64,000 nt of DNA from Lingula anatina (lineage: Eukaryota > Animalia > Brachiopoda). Numbering within the stretch: position 1 is the stretch's first letter; each line of letters begins with the position of its first letter. Positions 34,901-47,647 of this stretch are shown here, in pieces. The notes below the pieces were generated by a model. The model was not told where the DNA came from. It saw only the letters and a program-made list of their open reading frames with translations, and did no database searches. The position numbers and the translations under genes were made by a program. The stretch is taken from contig CM120644.1 in NCBI GenBank assembly GCA_051362555.1, positions 628,954-692,953 of the forward strand, in the 5' to 3' direction.

Positions 34901-36280
34901 GCATTAGCTCAACCTTACAAATTGTGGTAGGTGAGACAAATGAGAAGGTACTGTAAAATAGTTACTTTCTTTCACTTACACAATGCAAACATCTGTTGTT
35001 ATTATCAATGATAAAACATTGTATAAGTGAGAAAACATGTTGGTAGTACAACTGTACTGATTATAGCTAAGCATCCTGCCAATAACACTGTTTATGCTTT
35101 ACCAATATATAAGTTTAGTTTGAAATCCCACCCAAGTATCGCAATTGATATCTCTTTTGTGACCAGCCTAGGTTCAAATATCATCAGGATTCAACATTAA
35201 TATATCCTACATGTAAACTGACTGACTTTGCACTAACTGTACACACACTATACATGATTTATTACTGTATGCAACAAGTTACACCTTGTAGGCACACAGG
35301 GCACTTAGGCTTAAATAAAGCATTGGTACATCAGTTATTGTCTCTTATTATAACCCATCCGTTTACCTTGTACAAGGTATTGGTGCATCAGTTTTTTTAT
35401 TTCTAAAATTCTAATCCAGGCATTTACCTTGAACAAGGTATTGGTACATCAGTTTTTTACTTCTATAATTCTAACCCAGCTGTTTACCTTAAACAAGGCC
35501 ACTGCCGGCTGACCCACCAATTCATCTGCAGCAAAGTCATGATCAGGAGATCTGGGGTCCTGGAAGAAATGGGGAGATTATGATTATTATTATTATTATT
35601 ATTATAAAATGACAAACCCTGGTGGAGGGGCAATTCTACAGAAATCCTGGCGAGTAAAATTCACGTTTATTTATAAAACTTATATATTCCAGTAAAGTTG
35701 GCTGGTAAACCCCACCCCATTCCACTTATAAACTCTTATGCAGAGCTCACCATGTCCTCTGGGAGTGGAGATCATTTCTAGACTGAATATTTCCAAAAAT
35801 CTCAGAAAGCCAGCTCATTAAGGGCCAGAAACTGTCAGCCCTTAGTCTGATTTTTACACTTTTTTCTGCCAACATGTACTATGCCTCAGACATTTTCCTG
35901 TGGTGGCTGAAGACTGAAGCTTGCCTTCTAACTTACAGAGTTTAGGCACAAAATTACCACCGAGTGTATTGAATAAATTGATACACAAATCCACCACATA
36001 TGGCACAGGTGATCAACGACATCAAGTACGAACGACGTTTGCACTTAAAGTATATTACTCTTAAACAGTTAGTTAAAGCAAAATAATCAGTCTGTTAATA
36101 ATGAAGTATCATTAATTACACCCATTACAATTTACATTGGGAGTGACACACTGACAATACTTTACTGGCAATTATTGTTTTAGTTCCCGTAGAATAAGTG
36201 TAATTTGATTTTAAAAAGATTATCTAAAAGCACCTCACCTGCTTTCCAATGAGCGACTGCAATTTCTTCCGAAACGCCAT
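18424..36280 (-). CDS. VPS50: VPS50 / syndetin (CCDC132), EARP complex subunit; 26 coding exons, 945 aa
   Basis: Exons in transcript order: 36239-36280, 35488-35559, 34610-34729, 33617-33688, 33273-33397, 32143-32260, 31899-31934, 31589-31671, 29797-29938, 28083-28223, 26382-26508, 25743-25923, 25182-25280, 24745-24835, 24211-24378, 23707-23831, 23339-23430, 22625-22716, 22252-22287, 21980-22078, 21521-21618, 21058-21154, 20031-20189, 19479-19600, 18806-18995, 18424-18534. All introns are GT-AG and phases are consistent (total 2838 nt). Recognisable motifs: [76 protein letters not shown]. Confidence 0.95.
19742..20058 (-). repeat. 129-bp tandem repeat containing the VPS50 exon 23 donor (3 donor copies)
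   Basis: AGG|GTAAGG donor at 19771, 19900 and 20029; each unit carries about 28 nt of the exon end. Confidence 0.9.
20143..20755 (-). repeat. 89-bp tandem repeat containing the VPS50 exon 23 acceptor (7 copies)
   Basis: CTCAG|ACTGTGAG acceptors at 20190, 20279, 20368, 20457, 20546, 20635 and 20724. Confidence 0.95.
21700..21925. repeat. Compound (CT)n/(CA)n microsatellite
   Basis: Four CT-CA blocks separated by ATTAA(T/A). Confidence 0.9.
22987..23380 (-). repeat. 66-bp tandem repeat containing the VPS50 exon 17 donor (6 copies)
   Basis: TGGG|GTAATG donors at 23337, 23271, 23205, 23139, 23072 and 23006. The ORF track repeats [22 protein letters not shown]. Confidence 0.95.
24853..25055. 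repeat. 17-bp minisatellite (GATGTGACAGTGTGTT(G/A)) next to the exon 14 acceptor
   Basis: About 10 copies; the first GTTAG is at 24857-24861. Confidence 0.85.
25948..26163. repeat. 31-bp minisatellite (ATTGTGTTAGGTGTGACAGTGGAGATTTTAC) next to the exon 12 acceptor
   Basis: 7 copies, period 31. Confidence 0.9.
27305..27602. repeat. 26-bp minisatellite (TGTGTTAGGTGAGACATCTCACTGAG)
   Basis: About 12 copies, period 26, mid-intron 10 of VPS50. Confidence 0.9.
28150..28805 (-). repeat. 113-bp tandem repeat containing the VPS50 exon 10 acceptor (6 copies)
   Basis: Acceptors at 28224, 28337, 28450, 28563, 28676 and 28789. Each is followed by about 74 nt of exon ([25 protein letters not shown]). Confidence 0.95.
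29156..29868 (-). repeat. 98-bp tandem repeat containing the VPS50 exon 9 donor (7 copies)
   Basis: Units start at 29183, 29281, 29379, 29477, 29575, 29673 and 29771. Each is about 72 nt of exon end plus CAG|GTAGGT and 26 nt of intron. Confidence 0.95.
30095..31592. repeat. 54-bp hairpin satellite (28 units) whose last unit supplies the VPS50 exon 8 donor
   Basis: The unit contains TGTGTTAGGTGAGA-7nt-TCTCACCTAACACA. The period is exactly 54 (30126 to 31584 = 27x54), with a higher-order repeat at 594 bp. Confidence 0.95.
32221..32730 (-). repeat. 86-bp tandem repeat containing the VPS50 exon 6 acceptor (5 copies plus a degenerate one)
   Basis: Units at 32221, 32307, 32393, 32479, 32565 and a partial one near 32683. 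Each has CACCTAACACA, the pyrimidine tract, CCAG and 40 nt of exon. Confidence 0.95.
32745..33255. repeat. 48-bp and 17-bp TGTGT(T/C)AG(G/A)TGTGACA minisatellites filling VPS50 intron 5
   Basis: Unit TGTAGATATAACATTGTGTCAGGTGTGACAAGTGTGTTAGATGCATTC, followed by degenerate 17-mers. Confidence 0.8.
34170..34630 (-). repeat. 69-bp tandem repeat containing the VPS50 exon 3 donor (7 donor copies)
   Basis: GCT|GTAAGT at 34608, 34539, 34470, 34401, 34332, 34263 and 34194. The frame stays open through all copies (ORF 34157-34708). Confidence 0.95.
34745..34940. repeat. About 43-bp minisatellite (TTGTGGTAGGTGAGACAGCTGAGCATT..CAACCTTACAAA) next to the exon 3 acceptor
   Basis: 4-5 copies beginning about 15 bp from the acceptor. 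Confidence 0.85.
35320..35498 (-). repeat. Degenerate repeat of about 60 bp containing the VPS50 exon 2 donor (3 copies)
   Basis: CCTTGT(T/A)(T/C)AAG|GTAAA at 35486, 35426 and 35365, with shared ATTGGT.CATCAGTT spacers. Confidence 0.75.
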
Positions 36281-36359
36281 GTTAATTCAAATCTCACAAT
36301 ATTTTATAAAAAATCGTATAATTTACTCCTCCCCTGGGTAGCCATGTTGGTTTCCTGTA

Positions 36360-36369
36360 GTCACGTGAC
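36360..36369. promoter_or_regulatory. Palindromic E-box GTCACGTGAC (CLEAR / MiT-TFE / USF type) in the VPS50-SPR bidirectional promoter
   Basis: Exact 10-bp palindrome 80 bp upstream of the VPS50 ATG, within the 763-bp head-to-head gap. Confidence 0.6.
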
Positions 36370-37043
36370 AAACATTGAGCAACTCCACACCGATATAACA
36401 TAACATGTTGCTCATGCTGCACAAGTTGCTGCACATGTAGAAGTTTTGTAAGCCTAGATATAGATAAGATAATATATTTACAATATCTTAAGTGTGTAGG
36501 ATTCGTGTAAAACTTTACTTTATGCACTGGAGGTCATTTGAATAGTATGGCGTATCTTGGCCACTAGCTGTCAACGTTATATATTGACATTTGCCGCAGA
36601 AGACGTGTTTTGTGTTTACAGTGTTGTTATTGTTAATAAGAATCGACGGTTACCAAGTCATAGAAGCGAACGAAGAGAAGGGCATTTCAGGCAAGAAAGG
36701 TTGTTTTTCATAATCTGCATTTAACTATTTAACTGACTGGGATCATTCATGCTAGTTTCCACTTAATAAATGGAAGATGTCCTTGTAATTTGCGTGTTAA
36801 AGTAGAGGGTGGATATCTTTACTGTTTAACTGAAGACGAGTATCCAAATGTTATATGGTTATTGTTAATATTAAAAGAACTGACCATATAAGGTACAATA
36901 TGCCTAACAGTATATTTCCAATTTTTATAATAATTTTTAAATATACTAATATAACTATTTTGTTATTCCCGTGTTGCTTGTGCTGCCGCCAAGCAGAAAT
37001 AAAAATCACTAATTAAACAGTCCCTTATTGTAGCTATCCCAGG

Positions 37044-39046
<2,003 letters not shown>

Positions 39047-39072
39047 AAGATTTAGCTTAGTTTTATATGCTA

Positions 39073-39285
39073 GTATAAACTGCAGTAGGGAGTGTGTTAG
39101 GTGAGAATAAACTGCAGTAGGTGTGAACTGTGTATTGTGGTTAATGTGAATTAGGCAAGAATATTGTGTTAGGTGTGACTATTGTGTTAGGTGAGAATAA
39201 ACTGCTGGTGTGAACTAGGTGTAAACTGTGAACTGTGTATTGTGGTAGGTGTGAATTAGGTGAGAACATTGTGTTAGGTGAGACT
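39073..39285. repeat. Degenerate TGTGTTAGGTG(A/T)GA repeat cluster in the SPR 3' UTR
   Basis: Multiple GTGTTAGGTGAGAATAAACTGC and TGAACTGTGTATTGTGGT copies right after the stop codon. Confidence 0.75.
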
Positions 39286-40418
39286 TGCCCATTGTGCAGG
39301 GTAAGAATATCCTCATAAGTTTGATTATGTAAGTAAAGATGGTTGACTTGGATTTAATCCATTATACAAATTACTTACTGTGTTTAACCATTTTTGGCAT
39401 TTCTTACTTACTCATTTCATGAGAGTTACTGTTGGTGAATTTCTTAGGACAAACAGTTTCTTGTACTTAAACAATGCAACAAACGCACAATGTAAGAATT
39501 ATGCATTATGCAATATTAATTAAGCATAGTCAAATAAGCCTATAAGATCAGCATTTTACTTTACAAAATACTTATAATTATACATACAGTGTACTTATTA
39601 TTACATGTATTATACTGAGTAACATATTTTACTTTATAATAAAGCAATGTTTAAGCAGCAGTATGTTAATTTTTAAACAAATGCTGTAACAGTATGTATA
39701 AAAAAAAACTTAGCTGTAAGTTTGTGTCAAAGTTTTGTATCTTGTAAATATAGTGTTGTGTATAGTTGAACACTGCCTTCTTGTACAGCTGTACATTGTG
39801 CAATCATTAATACTGAAAAATTTAAATTCTGCTTGTGTACATTAGTTCTTTTTTATTTTTCTCATTCAGTTTAAAGTTTTTATTGCAAAAATCATGTTTT
39901 CGTGTGTTTATTATAATCAAACACATATTCTATCATTGCATTAAATAATACAGTCAATACCAAAACTCTCTTTTAGTGAATTTTTTAACCTACATGTGCA
40001 TCAGGCAGACTGACTACTAAACCACGCCTCCGTTGTCAAGGGTTGTTGCCATGAGGGGGCGGAGCAAGTTTAATTAGTTATAAGCCCATTCACTGTGCCT
40101 TACCAGGCAAGTCTTATGGCAGCAATGTAGTGAAGAAATGACACCATGTGGAGGTTTAAAACTTGTGTCAAATATACATTTTCTAAAAAAAGGAGGAAAA
40201 TTGCAGGCAGTCCACCCCCACAATGTTTCTTTTTCTTGAGTCCACAAGGCGAGACCCCTCAGCCTCATTAACTCAAGCTAATAACACAGATATCTAGACA
40301 CCAATTAATCATAATCTAGACGAGTATGCAGTGTAGAAACTATACCTCAACAACGATTATTATTATTTTTTAAAAGTTTTTTTCAAGCGTTACGCGGCTT
40401 TTCCGCCGCTACTAATAT

Positions 40419-40730
40419 CATGGACATAATGAGAGAAGGACGCGAAACGCGGCATCTTCCTTTGAAGCTATGTGCATTGGGGTAAACATTCGCCCATTGT
40501 CTCAGATAAGCTGTTTTGATAGCTCCACGGGAGCCTGAACAACTTATTATCAAGGTAGCGCGCACTGTGCCTTATTGAAATTCTTTTGTTCTATTGCATG
40601 GATAATGCAATTTCTCGCGGTCCCTCGTGGTTGCTATGACACAGCATTGCCTCCATCTTGTAATTGCCAGCACGTAGACTTGCGTCAACAAGTGGAAATT
40701 TGTTTCTGGTTTTCTCTCATTATGTCCATG
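40419..40730. mobile_element. 312-bp MITE, possibly P-element superfamily
   Basis: Perfect 19-bp TIRs CATGGACATAATGAGAGAA / TTCTCTCATTATGTCCATG and a 7-bp direct flank CTAATAT on both sides. Confidence 0.75.
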
Positions 40731-42883
40731 CTAATATTAATCTCCCGAAGAATAGCCACCCTTTACATTTATTTGATAACTTGTCGTACTGGTTGGAAAA
40801 TAAGAAGCATCTGAGAAGCATCTGATTAGCAATTTTCAATCATAAACAGGGTGAAAAATAATCAGAGAAACACACACACACTGGTACGAACACGCATGAA
40901 AATAGCTTTTCATCAAACTACAAACCAGAAAGTTTTATCATCTTTTTGTGTGAAGTATTGACAAAGTCAAGGTGAAGGTTTCCGAGTTTATTATTATTAT
41001 TATTTTATTTTTTTTGGGGGGAGAGTTAGTTTCCAGAAAGTTTGTACCTTTTACTTGATGAAGCTGGGTCGTCAACAAAAGAATTTATTTGTAACACATC
41101 GCCCTTTGAAATGAACGGTTCATTGTTATATAATGGAGTAGTTTAATGTGAAAGCTGATAAAATCATAAGGAAGTCATTTAAAAGAATTTTGTGGAATCA
41201 TGTTGATAGTTGTCTTGGTGATAAAGAAGATACCAAATCCGACAAGGGTATTTTTCTTCCCAAATGGCGCGTCACCCGTTCGACACTGCACATAAATTCT
41301 TTATTCATTGGACTTTTGTGAAGTTTGGCTTGTTTTTATGTTTTCATCCTTTTCCCTATTTCACCCTAAAGATTTACATTTTGGTAAACTTTGTTTTTGG
41401 TTGGGACTTGTACGCACAAATTTCAAAAGTCTGTTGACGTCCCTGCATTTGATTATAATTTTACGGAAATAACTATTTTCCTTTTCATAAAGTATGATCT
41501 AATCATAATGTGTAAAGATTTCTCTGGTTAATTAGCATATAAAAGGATTCACATCATAAAAAACATTTATTTTTTGTAAATAGTATATATATTAAGATAT
41601 ATATGGCACTGTCTTACATTTCAATTAAAATATGAAAGTCTTAAGAATTACAACACTAGAAGACAGACGCTATAAAAATTTTTTAAAAACTAATAATAAA
41701 AACTTTTTAAAAGATAAGTTTTAAGAGAAACTTTAAAGCTGACATAATGACTTTCAGATCTTATATAAAAAGCCATTCATTCCACAATAGTGAGGCATAA
41801 ACAAAGCTCTTTCTCCATAATATTTGTCCTGCCGCTCTTTTCCACAGTGGCTATGTGTAAAATTGTTTTAAAAAATTCTACCTTGCCTTTGTGGTTCAAA
41901 TCGATGAAGACGTTCGGCACAGTAACCATTTTACACAGTAATACCTTTTCCATTCACATCATAAATTTACTTTAAATTAAAATAGTTTCTATTATGGAAA
42001 GATGTAAAACAGCAATGGTCCCCTATTCATGATAAGAAAAGACTTATCGTACAAGCTAAAATGGAATGTTTTCGGTCAAATGTGTTTACAATTCTTTTCA
42101 CAGATAAATAGAGTGACAGTGTTGTATTTATATAAAACTGCAGCTACAATACAAATTAGAAAAATTGTAAAAGTATGTCAGGAATGTTAGAGGCAAATTA
42201 GACCTATACAAGGTGTAATGGGGGGGGGGGGGGGAAGGGGCAATTACAAAACCTCAATTTCAGCATCAGCGCCTTAAAACCCTGATTACAGCATAGTTTT
42301 CAAATGTAAAAAAATATATCCCTAAATTTCTTGCCCCCTCCCATCCGCCACCCCACCACACAACACTTTAGTCCTTGAGAAAATGAAAACCTGGAACATA
42401 CTTTACAAGGAATGGAATGGTATAAAATCATAATCGCTACTAAGCCACGAAATCATAATCGCTATTATAAGCTGTAAGTTTTTTATACTTGAGCTATTTA
42501 ACTTTTCGTATATGACATATGAACATCAAAATCGGCCAAAATGTTGTTTTTAAACAGGTCAGTGTCATTAGAACTTTCGATGGATCAAAGAGATGGCAAA
42601 CAATTTGATTCGTCTAATTTTTCATCCGTCGTCACGGTTTACTGGTCAGTCAATCACACTGTAAAGGATGCTCTTTAGTAATTGGTGGCATTTGGTGTTG
42701 AGGAATCTTTTTAATTCATGTAACTCCTATACGGCTAAGCTGTGTGCCCTGTGAAGCTGTCTGCTGATATATATGGTTTTCGCCTGGCATATTTCATAAA
42801 AGTATTAACTTTCGATTTGCTTATTGCATATTCAACACCATTTGTCATTTTGACAGCCCCACACCAAGTAACCGTCGTCTCCC

Positions 42884-43249
42884 TCACATCTCCGTACACT
42901 CCACAGACAGTCCAGAACTGGCGATTCCAAACTCTGTCACCACAGCTAGGTACGGTGATACTTGGTGAAGGGCTCGCAGAAAATCTTCAAACACGATGCG
43001 ACGCAGTCCCTCTGGTTGAGTGTCCAAGTAGGACAAGACGGACAACAGTATAACAGCCATTTTATACTTAGGATTGGTGATGAAGATAATTTTATAACGT
43101 TGTTCTTCCGTCAAGATATAAGAGTCACGAAGCAGATTAGCAAATGTCTGGATCTTGTTCAAGTCAGTGAGACTGGCTATCAGAGTGAGGAACATGAGAA
43201 GGATCCACCATCGTTCTGGAGAGTTGTTGTTTACTACTGGTTTAGCCAT
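42884..43249 (-). CDS. Putative 121-aa CARD/death-fold-like small protein
   Basis: Intact ATG-stop ORF preceded by an acceptor-like TATTTTGTAG at about 43285. The helical pattern LLRDSYILTEEQRYKI..KMAVILLSVL..FEDFLRALHQVSPYLA resembles CARD domains, judged by eye only. Confidence 0.45.
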   Translation of the reverse strand: MAKPVVNNNSPERWWILLMFLTLIASLTDLNKIQTFANLLRDSYILTEEQRYKIIFITNPKYKMAVILLSVLSYLDTQPEGLRRIVFEDFLRALHQVSPYLAVVTEFGIASSGLSVECTEM

Positions 43250-45579
43250 TCTCAGCCTTTGGGTATACTATTGTTGGATAATTTCTACAAAATAAATAAA
43301 GTGAATAAATGAAAAGTAATTATAAAAACGTAGAAGATAATACGCGTTATAGAGATGGAGTCGTTATCTTACATTGAGTCGTTATCTTACATCAGGTTTA
43401 ATTACCTGTCACGTAAACTTGGGGACCTTCGTTAATTAAACTGTAGCAGAAAAGGTATTTTGTATAATTTCAGATTTGACCAATTATTTATGGGGTTTAC
43501 GTAAGATACTAGTACCACAATGTAAAGATCGATAGATGTATGCATCATAATTTCCAATCAGTTCCGTTTTCCATGTCAAAATAAACGATGGCTGCCCATA
43601 AATACATAAAAACATAAATTATAACCAGAGGAAGGAAGTATAAAGGATGTGTACAGGGCATCAAACCTACCGTGTAGCTATTTAGTCCCCGGTCACTTTA
43701 ATAGCACACGCACGGCGAACGTGCGTGTGCCCCCGACAGTGTTAATGATAGGGGGATTACGATAGACAGCGCAAGTCGCTCACAGCGGGAGTCACTATCG
43801 CCGCTGTTAGGCCGGTAATTAAGTCTTTAACTTGACTAAACATGTTTCGCTTTGTAACTTGCGTCCTTCAGTCTTGCTGTTGCGGAAGCGCCGGCGAGAA
43901 ATATCTCCACCTTGCCGATATTTATCCCGACTCCCGACTTGAAAAGTAAAATTGGTTTTGATTTTATCAAAGTCTTATTGTATCAGAAAACCTGCATATT
44001 TTCATACGTTAAGAGAATTATAGAAACTGTAAAAAAGCTACTCGTACATCAGGGATAGAAAACAAGACCTTGCAGCACTATAATCTATTATTCATCACCA
44101 GAAGTTCCTGTTTCACTTTTTTCTCCCAAATTACAAAGTCTGGTGACAACTGAAAGGTTTTAGCCATTATACCTCAGGGCAGTGAGAGAGTTGATTAAAA
44201 GTAATAAAATTATATATTTTGAAGAATTTTCCTAGCCTTCGGCAATTTCCGCAAAGCTTCGGCATGCGCGGCAATACAGATCTGTCGATATCGGTGTGAA
44301 AGTGTAATAGCACTGGTGGAATAACGGTTAACGTCGTTGCAAACGTTGTAACCTACCCGACGGGAGTTCGTACCCCAAAGGTACTTTTGAAATTTTGGAA
44401 TTATCATTATTATTGATATCTTTTAATATTAAAACAGTTGTGGCTGATTGTTTTTGCAACGAAAAGCAGAGTAGGGAGGATTGTTGTAATTGTTAAAGTT
44501 ATTATGACTGGGGACATAAATTAGTATGCTAATCGCTTATCATGGTATAATGATTGATACGATGGGTATCAGATAGTTTTCATTTGATATAAACGACGAA
44601 ATAGCGGCCTTCCAAAGATCTTTGCTGAATGTTTATAACGTAGGTACTATTATGCGCACAAATATTGATACATGACGCAAACGACATTTACTCATTTCGG
44701 TAATATTAATTTTAATTAAAAATAAAATAAAATTAAATTGAAATTAAAATTAAAATTTGTCTAAACGTGCATATTACCATACACCGTGTTTAAAGGGTTC
44801 TCAACACTTTACATCCTAATACAGCTTGTCAATTTTCATGTTTGCTAGTTTATTTTGATTTGAGTGAGGACCGACCCTCTACTAGGACCGCAAATTATAT
44901 ATGAGTATTTTTCTTCAGTGCAAGAGACTGCATAATGAAAAATCAATCTGCAACTCTGGTATAGGATGGCCTTATGTGTGTAATAATATACAAGTAGGGG
45001 CAGGGGTACAATTTTATAGTACAATAAGTCATTTATACATCTATTGATCTCATCGTCGGGTCACTGTTTACAATAGCGCTTTGTCGCTGTGCGTACCTTT
45101 TTGCATTTGAGTTAGACTCAGTCAGTAACAGCTGGTGATTTTGTCTCTTTTTTTTTTTTTTTTTTTTTTTTTTTGCGTTTCATTGACAATATTTTGGCCA
45201 CCTAAGTAGGGAAATGTGGCTCTTTGTTTTGAAATGACATTTCCATTGTTCCTTTGAACACGCAAAAGTCTTCACCAGGAAGCAGATAACACTTACGTCA
45301 ACATTCTTACTTTGTAATAACCATCCAGGGGGAAAACAAAAGCCTCATTAGGTGTCGTCCTTCACACTGTAAAAGGTGTTAATTTCATGCTTCTATTGTT
45401 TGCCCATGAATCATTATGACGAAATTGTAGGGTTGCCAGATCACTCGTGCTCCATTCAATTCTCTTTATCTGCCCTGCAGCCTGGGATGAGTGATACTTG
45501 ACTGTCCTTTGTTTACATCTGGAGATTTTCTTTATAATTTGATCAGTGTGCATATTATAATATATTTTCAATCTGGAAA

Positions 45580-46670
45580 AATACGTGATAATGTAACGAT
45601 TCTTATTTTACGGATAGATAATTACAAAAATTAATTTCAGATATAATACCCCCTATTTCAGCGCCTATTCCTGGCTGCGTTAATTATGGGGGGTTGGAAA
45701 GTAATCCGTTAGGACGCGGATGTGATGATAGCTACTCTTACCAACAGTACATCATCGATCAACTAAACTCAGCCACCTGAAGCAGAATAACCAACAAAAG
45801 ACATATTGGACTACATCTGCCCTCTTGATGAAACATCTTATGTAAAAAAGGCGATGGCGGTCAAAACATACGTGCCTCGTGGTGTATTAAATGTTCATCG
45901 AATTTTTTCGTTCATTATTCTTATGACTTAAGCAACCTCACCTCCGTAACACCCTTTTTATTTATTTAAACCATTGTTAGACAAACCAAGGGTTTCACTC
46001 CAGATTTCACGATCGAGCAAGTGATCATGAGGAGAGTGTAGCATGCTATAGTAAACTACCCCAAATATATACCCAACACCTCCAGGGTTTCACGATCGAG
46101 CAAGTGATCATGAGGAGAGAGTGTAGCAGAGAACTTCATTAATGGTCGTCATAATTGGTGGTTGCCTTGGGAAAATGAGTTACAGGATTACATAATACAG
46201 ATACGTGATAACAAAAGATAAATACTAATTTTTTCCCTGATACAAAATCCCCTATTTCAGCGCTTATTCCTGACTGCGTTAATTACGGGGGATTAGAAAG
46301 TAATCTGTGAGGACGCAGGAGCGATGATTGCTACTCTTACCAACGGTAAATCACCGATTTACTTGACTCCGCTATTTCGAGCAAAATCACCACGAAAAGA
46401 CAAATTAGACTACGTTCGCCCTCTTATTATAACAAAGAATGTAAAAATTTGATGTCGGTCAAAGAGGCCTAGGCTACGTGCTTCATGGTTTATTAGATAG
46501 GCCTATTCATAGGATTTTAGTTCATTATTATAGCTTTACCTCGCGAGACCCCTTTTATATATTTAAAACACAGCACCCCACAGGTTTGGCGATCATGAAG
46601 AAAGGGAGTGTAGCAAAGAACAGAACCTCATTAGGCCCCTAATGGTCGTAATAATTGGTGGTTGCATGGT
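45580..46670. repeat. Diverged direct duplication, period about 600 bp (two copies)
   Basis: CCCCTATTTCAGCGC.TATTCCTG.CTGCGTTAATTA at 45650 and 46249, and AATGGTCGT.ATAATTGGTGGTTGC at 46141 and 46641. Confidence 0.8.
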
Positions 46671-47647
46671 AGGCCTAAAATTGTTCATTTTAGTCGACAA
46701 ACTAAGGTAGAAGAAAGAACAGATCATTATCGCCTCTCTTTACTTAGGAACAATAACTGGCTAGATGCAGCATTTACAAGTTCTTTTATTTAGAAACTGC
46801 CGATCCTTTGTCTGGGACTGCCGTTCAACGCCGTTTAAATGACGTCCGAGAAACGGCGATAACGACAGAGACGTTCTCGAACATTTTTGGACTCAGTGAA
46901 AATAAAATAAAAATCCGTTAAGAAGTAGCCTTTTAATGTCCTGGCAAATAACTTTGCGATGGCTCAGGGAGTTCTAGAAAGAATGACAAGAAACGACATT
47001 AGGGTTAATAATAGACTTAAAACTATCAGAGTGTAGGCCTGTCTTAATTACTTCATTTCTAAGACCATCTTGTGATACGAGTCATGCTACACTACAATAG
47101 AGGGGGTAGCAGTGGATGATTTAATACAGGGATACCATCGATAGTTTATCAATAGAAAATCGCGATCCTCAAATGTTTTTTTTAATTCATTAAATATAAA
47201 CTGTTTTTTATCGTGCAATGGGTCTGGTATAGTTGTATTGACCTATCAGTTGGAAACACGTGGTTCGTCTACAATTGCAAATGGCGGAGGTGCCCTGGAA
47301 GTTATTGTCGTAAAATTAGCTGGATACATGCACGTGAGAAAATTATTCATTAAATTCAGTTTTCAAGCGTCAGCTTAATCTGGTAAAATGCCAGACGAAA
47401 AAAAAATCATAGATAGAGCCTTATGACCCACTGTAGAATGATGCCAAATAATACATCAACGACGAAGTTTATCGGCAGATAAACGTGTTTCCATTCTCGG
47501 CTGACTGAGGAATGGTTTGAGAGAGCATTTAAAGAAGAGGCGGGCGAACCAATAGTGAGTAGGAAGTGTGCTGCAATCAAGACGAACAATACCGATCATA
47601 AGTGGACAACTAATAACCCCTAATTAAGCCCGGGTTACGCACTGCTG

